Assembly (NCBI GenBank): GCA_022813865.1
Contig: JALDZX010000024.1
Span: 62,001 to 126,000, forward strand
Reading direction: 5' to 3'
Source: Xylographa opegraphella
Lineage: Eukaryota
Length of the DNA stretch: 64,000 nucleotides
The notes beneath the pieces were generated by a model, which saw only the letters and a program-made list of their open reading frames with translations, did no database searches and was not told the origin of the DNA. A program made the translations under genes and the position numbers. Of the stretch, positions 38,539-50,249 are shown piece after piece. Each line of letters begins with the position of its first letter. Positions within the stretch are counted from its first letter, which is position 1.

Positions 38539-39428
38539 ATGAGCACGAGAGACAAAGTCCCTGATGCGTGGGACGATGACTGGGTGAATAAGGCCGATGT
38601 GAGATGTGTGATGGAGCTTAATTTTACGGCTGCTCATAGCATTACTAGAAATCTGTCGAAGGGGCTGTCTCAGAAATCCCAGGATCCGAGATCAAACTAT
38701 CTAAGGCTGCACGGCGAGCGAAACAGGCCGCATTGAACAAGAAGATATGGGAGGAAGCGTAAGCTATTACCAGTCCACTTGCAAGAGAACCGAGCTAAGG
38801 CATATGTGATAGTGAGACTCCAAATAATCCATATTTTGTAGAGACCCGAAACGATGTACCACTCAAGACCGAGTTCAAACCGGCTGTCAAAGTCCTCTCT
38901 CGCAAACCAGCACCGAATTTTATAGCTCGTACAGATCCTGTGTCAGGACTAGAGCAGCTCACTATTGAAGACGACGATGATGATGACGATGACGAGGGGA
39001 AACAGAAGACCCTGACAATGGAGGAGCGACAATTGAAAGCTCAGAAGGAGCGAGAGGAGAAACAGAAGAAGTATGAGGAAGTTCGAGAAAGGCTCTTTGG
39101 GGCTTCTGAATCATCTTCAGCAGTTAACTCTACTGGAGCAGTGACGCCGCCTACAGCACGAGCAACGGGAGATCGTAGTCGCGGAAAGAACAAACCCAGC
39201 CGGGAGCCAAGGCCGTCATCCTCCAACAGTGGTAAATCTCGACAGCTATTTGACCCTAATTACAATGCCAAACCAGACTCTATCTATGTACAGAAGAAGG
39301 AAGGACACCTTTCAGGATCAAGACCGTTACCTCGCGCTGAAGAGCCGATTCTGAGGACGCCAAAAGGTCCTGATGGAAGTGGAAGAGGAGGCTTCGGCTT
39401 TGCTATGAGGGGTAATAAGGCACAATGA
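38539..39428 (+). CDS. SUZ / SUZ-C domain protein
   Basis: VPDAWDDDW, IWEEA, FKPAVKVLSRKP, EEKQKKYEEVRERLFG, RTPKGPDGSGRGGFGF; two introns. Confidence 0.88.
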
Positions 39429-39919
39429 TAGGGCCTAGAAACTCTTAAAAGCGTTTTCTGTTCTTCCAAACTGTTCTGCCGCATGTTCCTCGATCCCTCC
39501 TACACAACATAAAATCCGGCTATCCAAATTTCAATATACCATTGGCGACCCCTGTGGAGGCAAGGAGGCTTGTTCATATGCTCAACTTCTCTGCATATTT
39601 CGCTGTTGGTTAGTCAGCCCACTTCCTGGTAAGTAAGGAGAGACTAATCAATTTATAGCGGTTGCCTGTCCAATTCCCTGCAAGAATGTGACTAACCCAG
39701 CTTGGAGTGAACGGCATTCTTTCATGAGTCGAGCGGACAACAATATGGTATGTTCGGTGATTTTGATTGTCGCAGAAGCTACTCCCTAGGAGTAAACACG
39801 TCTTGGCTCTCGAATATAACGTTGTGGCCGTCCATATTTCTCGTGTCTTTTATACCACCTGACCCTAGTCACTCTTTGTGGGGACCGTCATCCTCCAAGT
39901 TCATCAGTTGCCTGCCGCA

Positions 39920-40651
39920 ATGCGGCTTCTACATGGAGAGATCGTCCTCTTGGCTGTGCCAGCGCTTTCGATTGCCCTCGGCCAGCGTCCGAACCTACCA
40001 GGATTTCCTTCATTGCCAGCCGTTTCCATCGCACCGACTACACCGACATTGACCGCAGTCGGAGGCACGTTTCCCTCCAGCCTTCCTCCCACCACTGGCG
40101 GGGTATCCGTCTTTCCTTCGGCAGGCCCTCCGACCGGCCCTCTGGGCAATTCCACGCTTGCCGCGCCAACGCAATCTATCCGCACGCCGTCCGCCCCGAT
40201 CATGACAGCGTCCTTCCTCACCGTCACCACCTCCATGCCGTCCCTTCCCGCTCCTGTGCCGACCTCCACGCTTGTCCCAACCTCCTCAAGCAACCCTCTT
40301 ATCCCCGACATGTCACTACCTCCAATTATCGACCCGACAGCTCTCCTCGCCGCCATTCTTGCCTCCTTGAGGCTTCTTGACTACTCCGTAAACGACCTTC
40401 TCGCGCTCCTCAGCCCGCTCGCCCTGATTCCAGCGCCACCAGCTCCAGCATCAGATGCCACTGTCACTAGGTATTCTACTATCGTGGCTACAGTGACTAC
40501 AAGCGTACCGCTGGGATCAGGGATACCGGCACCAACTGGAGGCGTGGTAGCCCTACCAGCGATCAATGTGGCGGGCGCGAGCACAGAGGATCAGCAGACG
40601 GAGGCTGGTATAGAGAAGAAGGTGATGGCGGCACTGGCTGCGCTCTCTTGA
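39920..40651 (+). CDS. Putative secreted Pro/Ser/Thr-rich protein, unknown function
   Basis: Open 243-codon frame with hydrophobic N-terminus (MRLLHGEIVLLAVPALSIALG), P/S/T-rich body and C-ending codon bias. Confidence 0.6.
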   Translation: MRLLHGEIVLLAVPALSIALGQRPNLPGFPSLPAVSIAPTTPTLTAVGGTFPSSLPPTTGGVSVFPSAGPPTGPLGNSTLAAPTQSIRTPSAPIMTASFLTVTTSMPSLPAPVPTSTLVPTSSSNPLIPDMSLPPIIDPTALLAAILASLRLLDYSVNDLLALLSPLALIPAPPAPASDATVTRYSTIVATVTTSVPLGSGIPAPTGGVVALPAINVAGASTEDQQTEAGIEKKVMAALAALS

Positions 40652-41019
40652 GAGGGATATTTGAGCGCGGCCAGAGAAGGCCTACACTTCTGGGAAAGCT
40701 GGGAGGGCTTGTTCGAAGCTGGGGTGGGGTGTAGTACGTTGAATTGACGGCCAAAGGGGATGATTGCATGGATTATTAAAGCGTGGAAAAACGAATGAAG
40801 CTGAGGTGGAGGATTTCGATTGGTGATCGCTTTTCTTATGATTTCTTCTTCCATTTGGGATGTACCATGTGCACGCTTCTTCTTGATATTAATAGAGGGG
40901 TTTCGCGATCACGCTAGTGTGGAAAAGGTTAAGAATGATTGCATGACCCAGTCCGAGCATGCGTCGTGAAGCTTGATTAAGACATTGCGAGAATATTCAT
41001 TTGGTTCCGCTGTACAGAT

Positions 41020-42886
41020 CTACCATCCCCCACCAATCTTGCCCGCCAGCTCGATCACGCGTTCCGTCTCCCGGCCCTTCTCTTTGCCCACGTCGCTTTC
41101 CACCTTGCGGTAGCTGGTGTAGACGAGTTTCTTCTCATCCAGACCGGTGAGGGCCGCCCAGTGGGCGAGTATCCCCTTGACATAGCTTATCGAGATGCCA
41201 TTCACCATATCGTTCTCATCCACGCTATTCACGGGCGCCTCGCCCTCCGCATCGCGCGCTGCCTCTTCTCCCGCACTGCCGTCGTCTTCCATGGAATAAT
41301 ATGCCTCGTCCACCCTCGCCAACCACTCCTTCTGGCCCTGCCCGCTCCTGACCCCTTGCAGCGCGCCCACATCCTCCACCTTGATCTGCCCCCCTCCGTT
41401 GGTGCAGCCGCCCGGACAAGCCATCACCTCCACGTACGCATAGTCCATCTCGCTCTTCGACGCAGGCTTGCGTGCTCCGACCATCTTGCCGCCTGGCATG
41501 CGGCTCTGCCTGGCGGGCTTCAGCTTCCGGACCAGGTTCTGGATGTTGCGGAAGCCGTAGTAGCGCGCGGCGCGGAAGAGGACTTCGTCGTGGAGTGAGA
41601 GTGTGTATTCGATTACGTCGGCGTTGCGGCCGCGAGTGCTGCGGATGACGCTGCCGGGGTGGAGGCACTGTTGCGTGCGCAGGATGTGGTAGAGGTAACC
41701 GCCGGAGGAGCCGGCGGCAGGGAGCTGGGGCTTTCGCCGGGATGGGGGCGATTGGAGGTGGGGGAAGAGAAAGATGTCAAGCTTTGGGTCTGGGAATGGT
41801 GTCCGGGATGAGCGGGCGAGTGGCTGACGAGGAAGTCCAGGGAAGCTTATGCTGCGGGTTTCGGCCAGCATGAGGAGCTCGCGAGCTGTGATGACGCAGT
41901 CGACGTCGCGGACCGGGGTGAGTGGTTTGGGTGAGGATGACGGGCGCCAGTAGCTGTCTGTGAGTTCCTCGCGGGATGCTTCGAGTTTTTTGTCGAAGCA
42001 TGGCATGATCGCTAGGTGCCATATCTGAGAAGGGTCAACGTTGAGGGTTTGGCTGAGGATGGTTTTGACAAGAGTCCCGGTGAGAGCTTGAGGGGATTTC
42101 AGACGGGAGAGATGCGGAAGGACATGAGGATGCGTTTTCTCCGCATAGCATATCCATCCTGGACAAGCGGAAGTGAGGATAGGCTTCTTCGGTTGTATGG
42201 TTGCGGCGCCTTCTGCTTGAAGTGATGTTGTAGCTGCGAGTGAATCTGATGACGCCAGGACTTCCTCAGCGCCGAGCACCAGTCCCAGCTCCCTCATAGC
42301 GTTTGTGTCGATTATCCATGAGAAGTCGTTCCCATATTTGCCACCCGTTCTAAGGCCATACGGACCACTGAGGAGCTGCTCTACCATCCACTCTGCTTCT
42401 TGCTCCGTGGTTCCATACGTGGCTGCTAGACTGGCCCGAACCTGCGGGCTGACACTTGCCACGAAAACCTTCTCTGCTTCTCTTGGGAGTCCGTGACTCA
42501 CTTCTGGATCATCGTTGGTACAGCTCGATCCTCGTTGCCGTTGTTGAGATGCGCATGGCGCTGAGTCGAGTGCATGTAACACTTCAGAATGTGACTGTAA
42601 GGATATCAAAACGGCTTCGGCTGACGTGACACATCCGGAGCAGGCCAGACAGTCGGTCAACGTTATATGTGCTGGTGGGGGAGGTTCTGCGGGAAGCTTG
42701 TCTTCGGTTGTGACCTCGTAAGAATTCTACAGCAATGTCAGCAGCAGAATTTGCTGTCTACAGGGACACGCTACTGACAACAGTATCGGCAGGCTTCTGC
42801 AAGGGTAGGGTCTCGACAGGTTTGATGCATGCAACTCCTGGAGAGATAAAGTCGTTCAGGTCATCAGCGGATAATATAGCACTCAT
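41020..42886 (-). CDS. NAR1: Cytosolic Fe-S cluster assembly factor Nar1 (hydrogenase-like)
   Basis: [89 protein letters not shown]. Confidence 0.97.
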
Positions 42887-44453
42887 CGCCTCATAAATGT
42901 TATACAATGAACATTGATGTTGAAGCGACTGGCTTTCGTTTGACTTGGCTCTTATCGCCGTTCAAGGGACGATAGGGTTATTTGGAGGAAGTTGAACGAA
43001 ACACTGTGGGCATCAATTCATGTTACAATCACACCCATGAAAATCACTTGTATGACACAATTGTGGGCAGAATAACAAATTAAAGTCGCCCCCTGTCACC
43101 GCTTTGCCGTACAGCCTTTAATTCCGATTAAACCCGGGGATGGCTATGTAATGTGCCACGCCAGTATTCCCATCACCACAGTACTTAGCTGTATCTAACT
43201 TCGCTGTCGTGGGTGCAACTTCACAATTGTGCAATCCCAAGGCATGTAACAGGCCGTAGCGAAGACTGTGGTCGTAGTTGTTGTTATCCCTAGTTTATTG
43301 GCCGTTGTTCCCTGAAATGGTAACCACGACGGACATCATGAGTGATCGGACCACGTACAGAAAAATGTCCAAAATCTGGAAACAATTATCCAAAGAACCA
43401 AGAGCGTATAAGACAGTACCTCATATGTTTTGTATTTGCCTACGTTGTTTGTGGTCAAAAGAGTAGTGTAACTTCGAAATTCCACCCCTTCTTTCGTGTA
43501 ATTTCGGTGTTAAAGCTTTAGGAACATCTAATGCCTGTAAACGTATGATTATTGTTCATCAATGTTCACAATACTGCTGGCCACCAAGATACTTGATTAT
43601 GCTACTCTCCCGCGTTGAAAATGGGAATCGAGCATGGCTCATGTTGTTTGGGCAGCGCAGATCCTGCACTATCTGATGGGGGAGGGGAGCTAATTCGGAC
43701 TTCTGTCGGAACTTGACCACGAAGAAGGCCTCGGAGGAGAAGATTCAGATTTCGAAGAAGATTCTTATTGGAGCTGGCCTTGTTTCACGGACAATGCAAG
43801 AAATTCGAATCGAGACAGGCGATAAAATGGAGGAATCTGGGAGCACCAAGAAGGGATCAGAGTGCTCTCAGCATATCAGATAAAGCTTTCACAAACTATT
43901 CTCTTTTGTTGTGGCATTCAAGTCTCATCAGTTTCACATGGATGACTTGAACCTTTCATCGTCCTGACCGTATTACCGATATGTGGCGGTATGGTTACCA
44001 GGATTAACACAATTGCAAAAATTTCCTTCCAAGCTTCGAACGCATCATATCTAAAAGCTCGTGTATCAGCTAAACCAAGACATGGCACCTTTTCCCTCCA
44101 TCTTCACCGACTCCAGCGTCAAGTTTGGTTCTTTCTCCGAATACAACGAACGCATACCAGCTACGTAGTACTTGTCACTAGACCTAATTCAGAAATGGTG
44201 CTTGGAAATTCGGTCTTGGCAGCCGGCCGGATATAACCGGGCCGAAAGTGCCTAGCAGGAAAGCCGGCAAAACTTAAAGCCGTGCTCTACGGCAACAACG
44301 TACGGAGGTATGTCGATCCCACTACTCGTATGATGTGCACCTCTAAAATGCTATGGTTACATTTTCCGGAAGACTGCAAAATAGTTCGATACTGCGAAGC
44401 CTCCATTTGTTGTGCAAGCTCTTTAGGCTTTGATCGGAATTTGGCGCCCAAAT

Positions 44454-46164
44454 ATGGAGGACTTCAACAGCGAATCAGATAGCGATTATACCAGCTATTG
44501 GAGAGATTGGGTAAGTCGAGCTTTCATTCTCGTGTCTGTACGGTTGCGAGCTTTTGGTCGTCTCTTTCCTCCGGCACTGCTTGAGACCTCGTCGTCTGCT
44601 GTATCTATATATTCAAACTCAGCTGTGTCAGCCACGCAAGCTCTTTGGGTCGTAGACTTCAGGAAAGAACGAATCGAAAGGACTAGGACCCTCTGCTCGC
44701 GAAGGGAGACATGAGACTCTAAGGTCCTCGTTCTCCTTAGCTTTCTTGTGTCTCTCTTGGAAGTATGCCAGTCGTAAGACTCGCCAGAGACTTGATCCAG
44801 CGCCGGCTCAACAAATGATCAGAGCGGAGGACCTACGTTCATGTTCTTATTTAGATTGACCTGGAAATACTTCTTCAGGACTATTTTTTCTTAGCTCATA
44901 ACTCAGCAATAGCCAGGGATGTCTCTCCACGACGTTACACAAGGTCAAGAGCCATCCTCTAACCAACTCCAGGCAGCTTTCTGATGACAAGGATAAAAAG
45001 GCTTCAACAAGCTATTGACCTCGACTGGCCAGGGTTAAGAAAACAGGGCATCAGTATCGCGGCCAGCGAAGGAGAATAGGACCGCTAACCAATAGCTTTG
45101 CAAACATGAGGGTTGGCCATGCTGTACCTTTCTGATAGTGTCCCCCACAACTTTCCTGCATGGCCTATGTGGCATGACTTGAGCGAACATAAAACCTTAT
45201 TTCATGCGCTTTAGTCGCATGTTCTTGCCTGTTTCGTCCCAAGTCTCCTGTTGCCGTGTCGTTTCGTGTCGATATTATTTCTCACCACGGCGTCGAAACT
45301 TGATTTGGCAAGACGTTGTATTTGCCATAAGTACATTTGCTGATTTCTTCATTTTGACGATGCTAATACGAAGAATTCGTAGTTCATATCGTCTCGCGGA
45401 AATGAATATTTCTGTGAGATAGACGAGGACTACCTGACAGATCGCTTCAATCTTACTGGACTGAATACGGATGTTCAATACTACCAGTATTCCTTGGATA
45501 TGGTCACAGATGTCTTCGACCTTGACTGTGATGATGAGATGCGAGACCAAATCGAAAAGTCTGCAAGGCATCTCTACGGCTTGGTACATGCACGTTACAT
45601 CACAACCACGAGAGGGCTAGCAAAGATGGTAAAGTATGGCTCTTCTTGTCTCTGTCAGTATAATTGATTTGTTCTCAATAGCTAGAGAAATACAAAAAGG
45701 GTGATTTCGGAAAATGCCCTCGAGTTGACTGCAAGTCGGGACATTTACTTCCTACTGGCATGGCAGACATACCGAATGTACAATTTGTCAAGCTCTATTG
45801 TGCAAAATGCGAAGACCTCTACAACCCCAAATCGTCACGCCATTCAACCATCGATGGCGCCTACTTCGGCTCGTCATTCCAAAACATTCTATTCCAAGTG
45901 TATCCGGCATTGATACCGGAGAAGTCGATAGCACGCTACGAACCCAAGATTTTCGGATTCAAAGTACATGCTGCTGCGGCATTGCAAAGGTGGCAAGACA
46001 AGAGAAGAGACGAGATGCAAGGGCGTCTCAAGCTGGCTGGATTGGAGAATCCATTCAGTTTGCCCGCGGAAAGTGCTGATGGGGACATGGAGGAAGACGA
46101 TGAAGATGGAGAAGGCTTTGATGGGGAGGGCATGGAAATTGGTGACGATGCTATTGCGCAGTGA
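44454..46164 (+). CDS. CKB2: Casein kinase II regulatory (beta) subunit
   Basis: Exons 44454-44510, 45383-45628, 45682-46164: MEDFNSESDSDYTSYWRDW/FISSRGNEYFCEIDEDYLTDRFNLTGL, HLYGLVHARYI, FGKCPRV, VKLYCAKCEDLYNP, DGAYFG, YEPKIFGFK. Confidence 0.96.
45105..45338 (+). ncRNA. Candidate intronic structured RNA (H/ACA-like) in CKB2 intron 1
   Basis: Hairpin GGCCATGC/GCATGGCC, ANANNA box ACATAA at 45187, second hairpin (CTTAT/ATAAG, TCTTGCC/GGCAAGA, GTTTCG/CGAAAC, GCCGTG/CACGGC), ACA at 45333. Folded by eye only. Confidence 0.25.
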
Positions 46165-48625
46165 ACCAATTGACGATGTACTTCGTGTGTTGAGAATCCG
46201 TCTGCATTTGTAGTTTGTCCGCGGTCATATGCAGGACGGTCCCTGGTAAAGTGCATTTAGGAGCATCAGGAAACACCAGGCTGGGTGTCATATATAGCGC
46301 TGAATCATCAAACAAGCTGTTTCTGCTATAAGTATCTCACGTGGGACCTACGAGGTGATTGGTAGAAGGTCACCAGGATTTTTGAGTGGTTCTAGCGTAT
46401 GCACAAACAGTGTATTTCCTTGCCACTCGAGTTTGCACGATTGCAAATTTGGCGAGGTGGTGTGCAAACTTGAGCGCCAAGGAAGTGCACGGTTTGTGCA
46501 TACGCTACGGCTAATTAGCGCATCCATATATTGAAAATTGGCAAACCCAATCCTTTTTCCCTCCACAATATTTCCCACAGGTAAGTGAGGACTGTACAAT
46601 TGCGTCTTGATACAAATGATGAACATTACACGAACAATCCAAATCATATAGCGTCATGAATGATCATCTTTACTCTAGAATTACTCTGACAATGTTGCAA
46701 TATCCGTATTGACCGGGCAGGTTGCTGTGCAAATAATAGCACTAACAGATTCTTCACAGGTATAATCTATATGATCGACATGTTTAACCGGATTAATACA
46801 AAGGTGCGTTCTATGGAGTGTGCTCTCTCTTCCTGTTCTCTTATGTGATGACTTCTCGACACGGAAAGGCATTCCTCGACCTGAATATACAATGTCGATT
46901 CTGTCTTAGTTTCAGCCTTGTCTGATATTCGTATTATCTATTTGATGCTCTCGTATGAATCTCTAGGCATCACGCTGACTTAGCTACGGTTCTCTAGGTG
47001 ACTTACTCTTCCTTAATCCCTACTGCTAGTTCAACCGCATATGAAGAATTTTGAACGAACGGGCGGACATACTGTGTACTCTTCCACTATCATCTATCAA
47101 AACCGGGGCGTACAATCCTTGGCGGGTGCTTAGAAGGGAGAAGTACTTGTTGAGAACTCGTCAGCTGAGCTATTGATATATCTGCAAGCAGAAAGCTCGC
47201 AGGACTTGAAAATGACATTAGTGCAAAGCTAACGTCTCCTTACTATTAGGTACGGGCTGGGCACTACATTACACATCTCTGAGCCTGTGTCTCTTGGGAT
47301 GATGATCACTTATTCACACTGTTTGAACCGGGCAAAGCCTTGTAATCATGGCACCGTCTGGCGATGAACGTACCAACACTGAAAATTCTGACCAAGAGAC
47401 GGGACTCATGGATACGGATGCCGCTACGGACAAGCATGCTGACGTGTACAATCGGATAGGTATGGATTTTACTCCCTGAACAACCTTGCGTTCCATGACA
47501 ATGGAAATGATGATCACACTTCACCCTATGTGACGACGAACGCATCGTCTTTCAATGAACACTAACAACACAATGATTTAGTGAGTAGAACTCACACCCA
47601 ACCCCGATCTCTAGAATCTAACATCAACTAGATGAGCCTGATCCATACGTAAAAAGGAGATTTTGCGAAAGGGGCCATTAAATATAGCGTTGCTGACATA
47701 CGGTAACCTAAATAGTATATATATTTCCTGTAGCCTCAATCAGGTCTATGCTACGTATTGTAAGTTTTCTACTGTGCTTATTTCGCTCTTCCACCTGATG
47801 AATCCAAATATTCGCTGTGTTCTTTCCGAGATCATACAAAGAAGAAACCTATATTTCACCTTGGAGAACTGATAAATTCTGTCAACGACGAACTTATACA
47901 TTAAAAATTGGTTAGTGGCACAATTGCTGACGCTTCGACAGGATAGCTCTAATGAGGATGCCTCAGCTCGACAAGAAAATAGCCGCCTGCTGCAAGAGTT
48001 CCTTCCAAAGTAAGTTATCAGTAATCAAAGAAGCAGTGGCTAGAATCTAGCTGTGCCTGTGGATCAAATTTGCCGTATTCTTTAGCTTTAATATTACATA
48101 TCTTACAATTCTCGTGCAACTTTCCCTCGTGCCTTGATGGCCTAAGTTCAGCCACTCGAACAGAAGTATCATCGTCTTAAATAAACCGGACTTCAAGCAC
48201 GCTATACTCGAATCCATATCGTGCTGGGGCACTTCGTACTCACCGTGGCCTCGTCGTGGCCAATCCCACTTATTGCAACCGAGTTGTTGGCCGATAAACT
48301 CGGCCACCAAAGTGAGAGTCCCCAGTTCTCACAGGCGGAGGTTGAGTATTTGGACTGAGCCGGCGCTGAGCGACGTGGCGAGATCTTTCAGGGACCAAGG
48401 ACGGGGATTGAGGTGGTCTGGATCTGGAAGAGTTGCTTGGTGCAGTCTATGCTGGCTGCGAACATCGCTGTCGTGTTTGGTTATTGCCATCCCCGTCCGA
48501 ACCAACTAATACTTCCTTGCTCTTTACCTTTTGCCCTTCCGTTACCTCTTCCTGTTTCATTCAACCTTCCCCTTTTGCTTCTGCTTCTTGTTTCTCTTCC
48601 TATCCACGTTTCTGTTCCTTTTCCT

Positions 48626-49366
48626 TTACTCACCTTCCTTCTCCTGGTCCTCTTCCTCTTCCCCTACTTCTTCCCGTTTCTCGTCTTCCTCCTGATTCTC
48701 TTCTTCCTCCTGATTCTCTTCTTCCTCCTGATTCTCTCCATCCTTCTGATTCTCTTCTTCTTCCTGTTCCTCTTCCCCCTCGTCCTCCTCTTCTTCTTCC
48801 TGCTCTTCTTCCTCCTCCTCATCCTCCTCGTCTTCCTCGTCACTACCATTGTGACTACTCTCCAGAGACGATACAGAGAGGCCCGCGTCCTCACGGCGCT
48901 CACGTGTGGGTATCCAATCTTGATTGCCGCCACACGGCAAACCATGCGAGTCATGATACTCATGTATAATGCAGATCACATGATGTTTATGAACATAGTC
49001 ATTCACGTCGAGGACCTCTTCGCCCTCTGGGTCCGTAATGATATTGTTATCATCCACGTACAATGTTCCTCCCTTGGCGGTTTCGGGATCCTCGTCCCAC
49101 CAAATAATATTGGGGGTTTTTATGTTAATGATATACCACTCGGTGCGTTCGTAGTCAGCTATTGCGTCCTGACTGCCGACGAGATCCCCGTTCTCATCTT
49201 CGCATATCGTCCCGGCGAATTGGTAAGGTCCTTGGGCAGTGTCAAACCAGATCGGTACCAAGTCCCCGTTATCATCTTCATAATAATCATCGGGCTCATC
49301 GGAGTCCTCGGATGGAGATGGGGACTCACACAGGGTGTCGTCGATCACGGGCGCCGATTGCTCCAC
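48626..49366 (-). pseudogene. Orphan acidic ORF, probably the remnant of a longer decaying gene (~48150-50100)
   Basis: 246-codon frame with a globular-looking D/E/W/I-rich region and a poly-Glu tail, lacking an ATG. Flanking frames read as similar protein-like text broken by TGA/TAG and frameshifts. Confidence 0.45.
48684..48755. repeat. 18-nt tandem repeat (3 perfect + 1 degenerate) encoding ENQEEE on the minus strand
   Basis: tcttcctcctgattctct at 48684, 48702 and 48720; ccatccttctgattctct at 48738. Confidence 0.95.
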
Positions 49367-50249
49367 GGTAGGAGAATGAGAATGAGAGGTGTTTTGGGTA
49401 CTATGTCTCCCGTCAACTGATCATTTATCCCTAATTGATTTGTGGTAGGGTCAGGGAATCGCCTACGGAAGAAACCACTGTCGTCACCGCCTTTGGACGC
49501 TTCGCTTGGTAGGGTGTCGATCCCAGCAATTACAAGGCAGAATGCTGGGAAGTCACCGGTTGTTTGTTCGCGCCGCTGTGAAATTGCCGGGACAACGCTG
49601 CGTTATGGTGATGGTCAGTGGGCTATTACTTATCGCTGGATTGCGTGCAGACCAAATGAGGTCTGCCCTTTCGTGCTTTGTGGGGCCTTTGCCCGTCGTG
49701 GTGGAGGAGGCACGTGGGATTGTGGATGTTGACGACTTTGGAAAGCGTGAACGAAGGAAGGTTGGGCTTGCTGCACTCTTCGAGAGCATGTTGCTCCGCC
49801 GTGACGGGCTTAGCACGCTCGACGTTGCCCTTTTTCTCCGGGGGGAATGGAGGCCGTTCGTGCTGCGTGGCTCAGCGGCGGAGCGGTGTGGGGAACAGGA
49901 CTTTTCTCGCCTTTAATGCAGGAGGGGGGTGGGGGGAAATGTGCTTTTGGTTACTGCGGTGCTGTTCAGGGAGGAAGGATGGAGGGATGGCTTGGGCAGG
50001 TGTGACACAATGCTGGGGATGCAAAATCGATGCACGCTGCGTGCTGAGGTTGCGAAGAGTGGTGGCGATGAGAGATGTATGGTTATGAAGCGTTGCGGGC
50101 GCTCGCGAACTGGATTCCGACTTTTGCAAAACACAACGACCGCTTGATCGTTCAGCGGAATTGCTTCCCGAAATCGCGAGGAACGATATTAGAGCCCTCT
50201 GGTCCCTTCACCCCGTTCCCAATACCGCATCACCAGACCCTTCCCTCCC

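Noticed and set aside
44203..44216. GGAAATTCGGT resembling RNase P RNA conserved region I
   Set aside because: No downstream CR-V partner (ACCCGATACCGA-like) within a plausible distance before the CKB2 ATG.
48413..49420. 335-aa very hydrophobic + strand ORF
   Set aside because: It is the antisense shadow of the poly-Glu/Asp minus-strand frame (GAR codons read as Leu/Phe).
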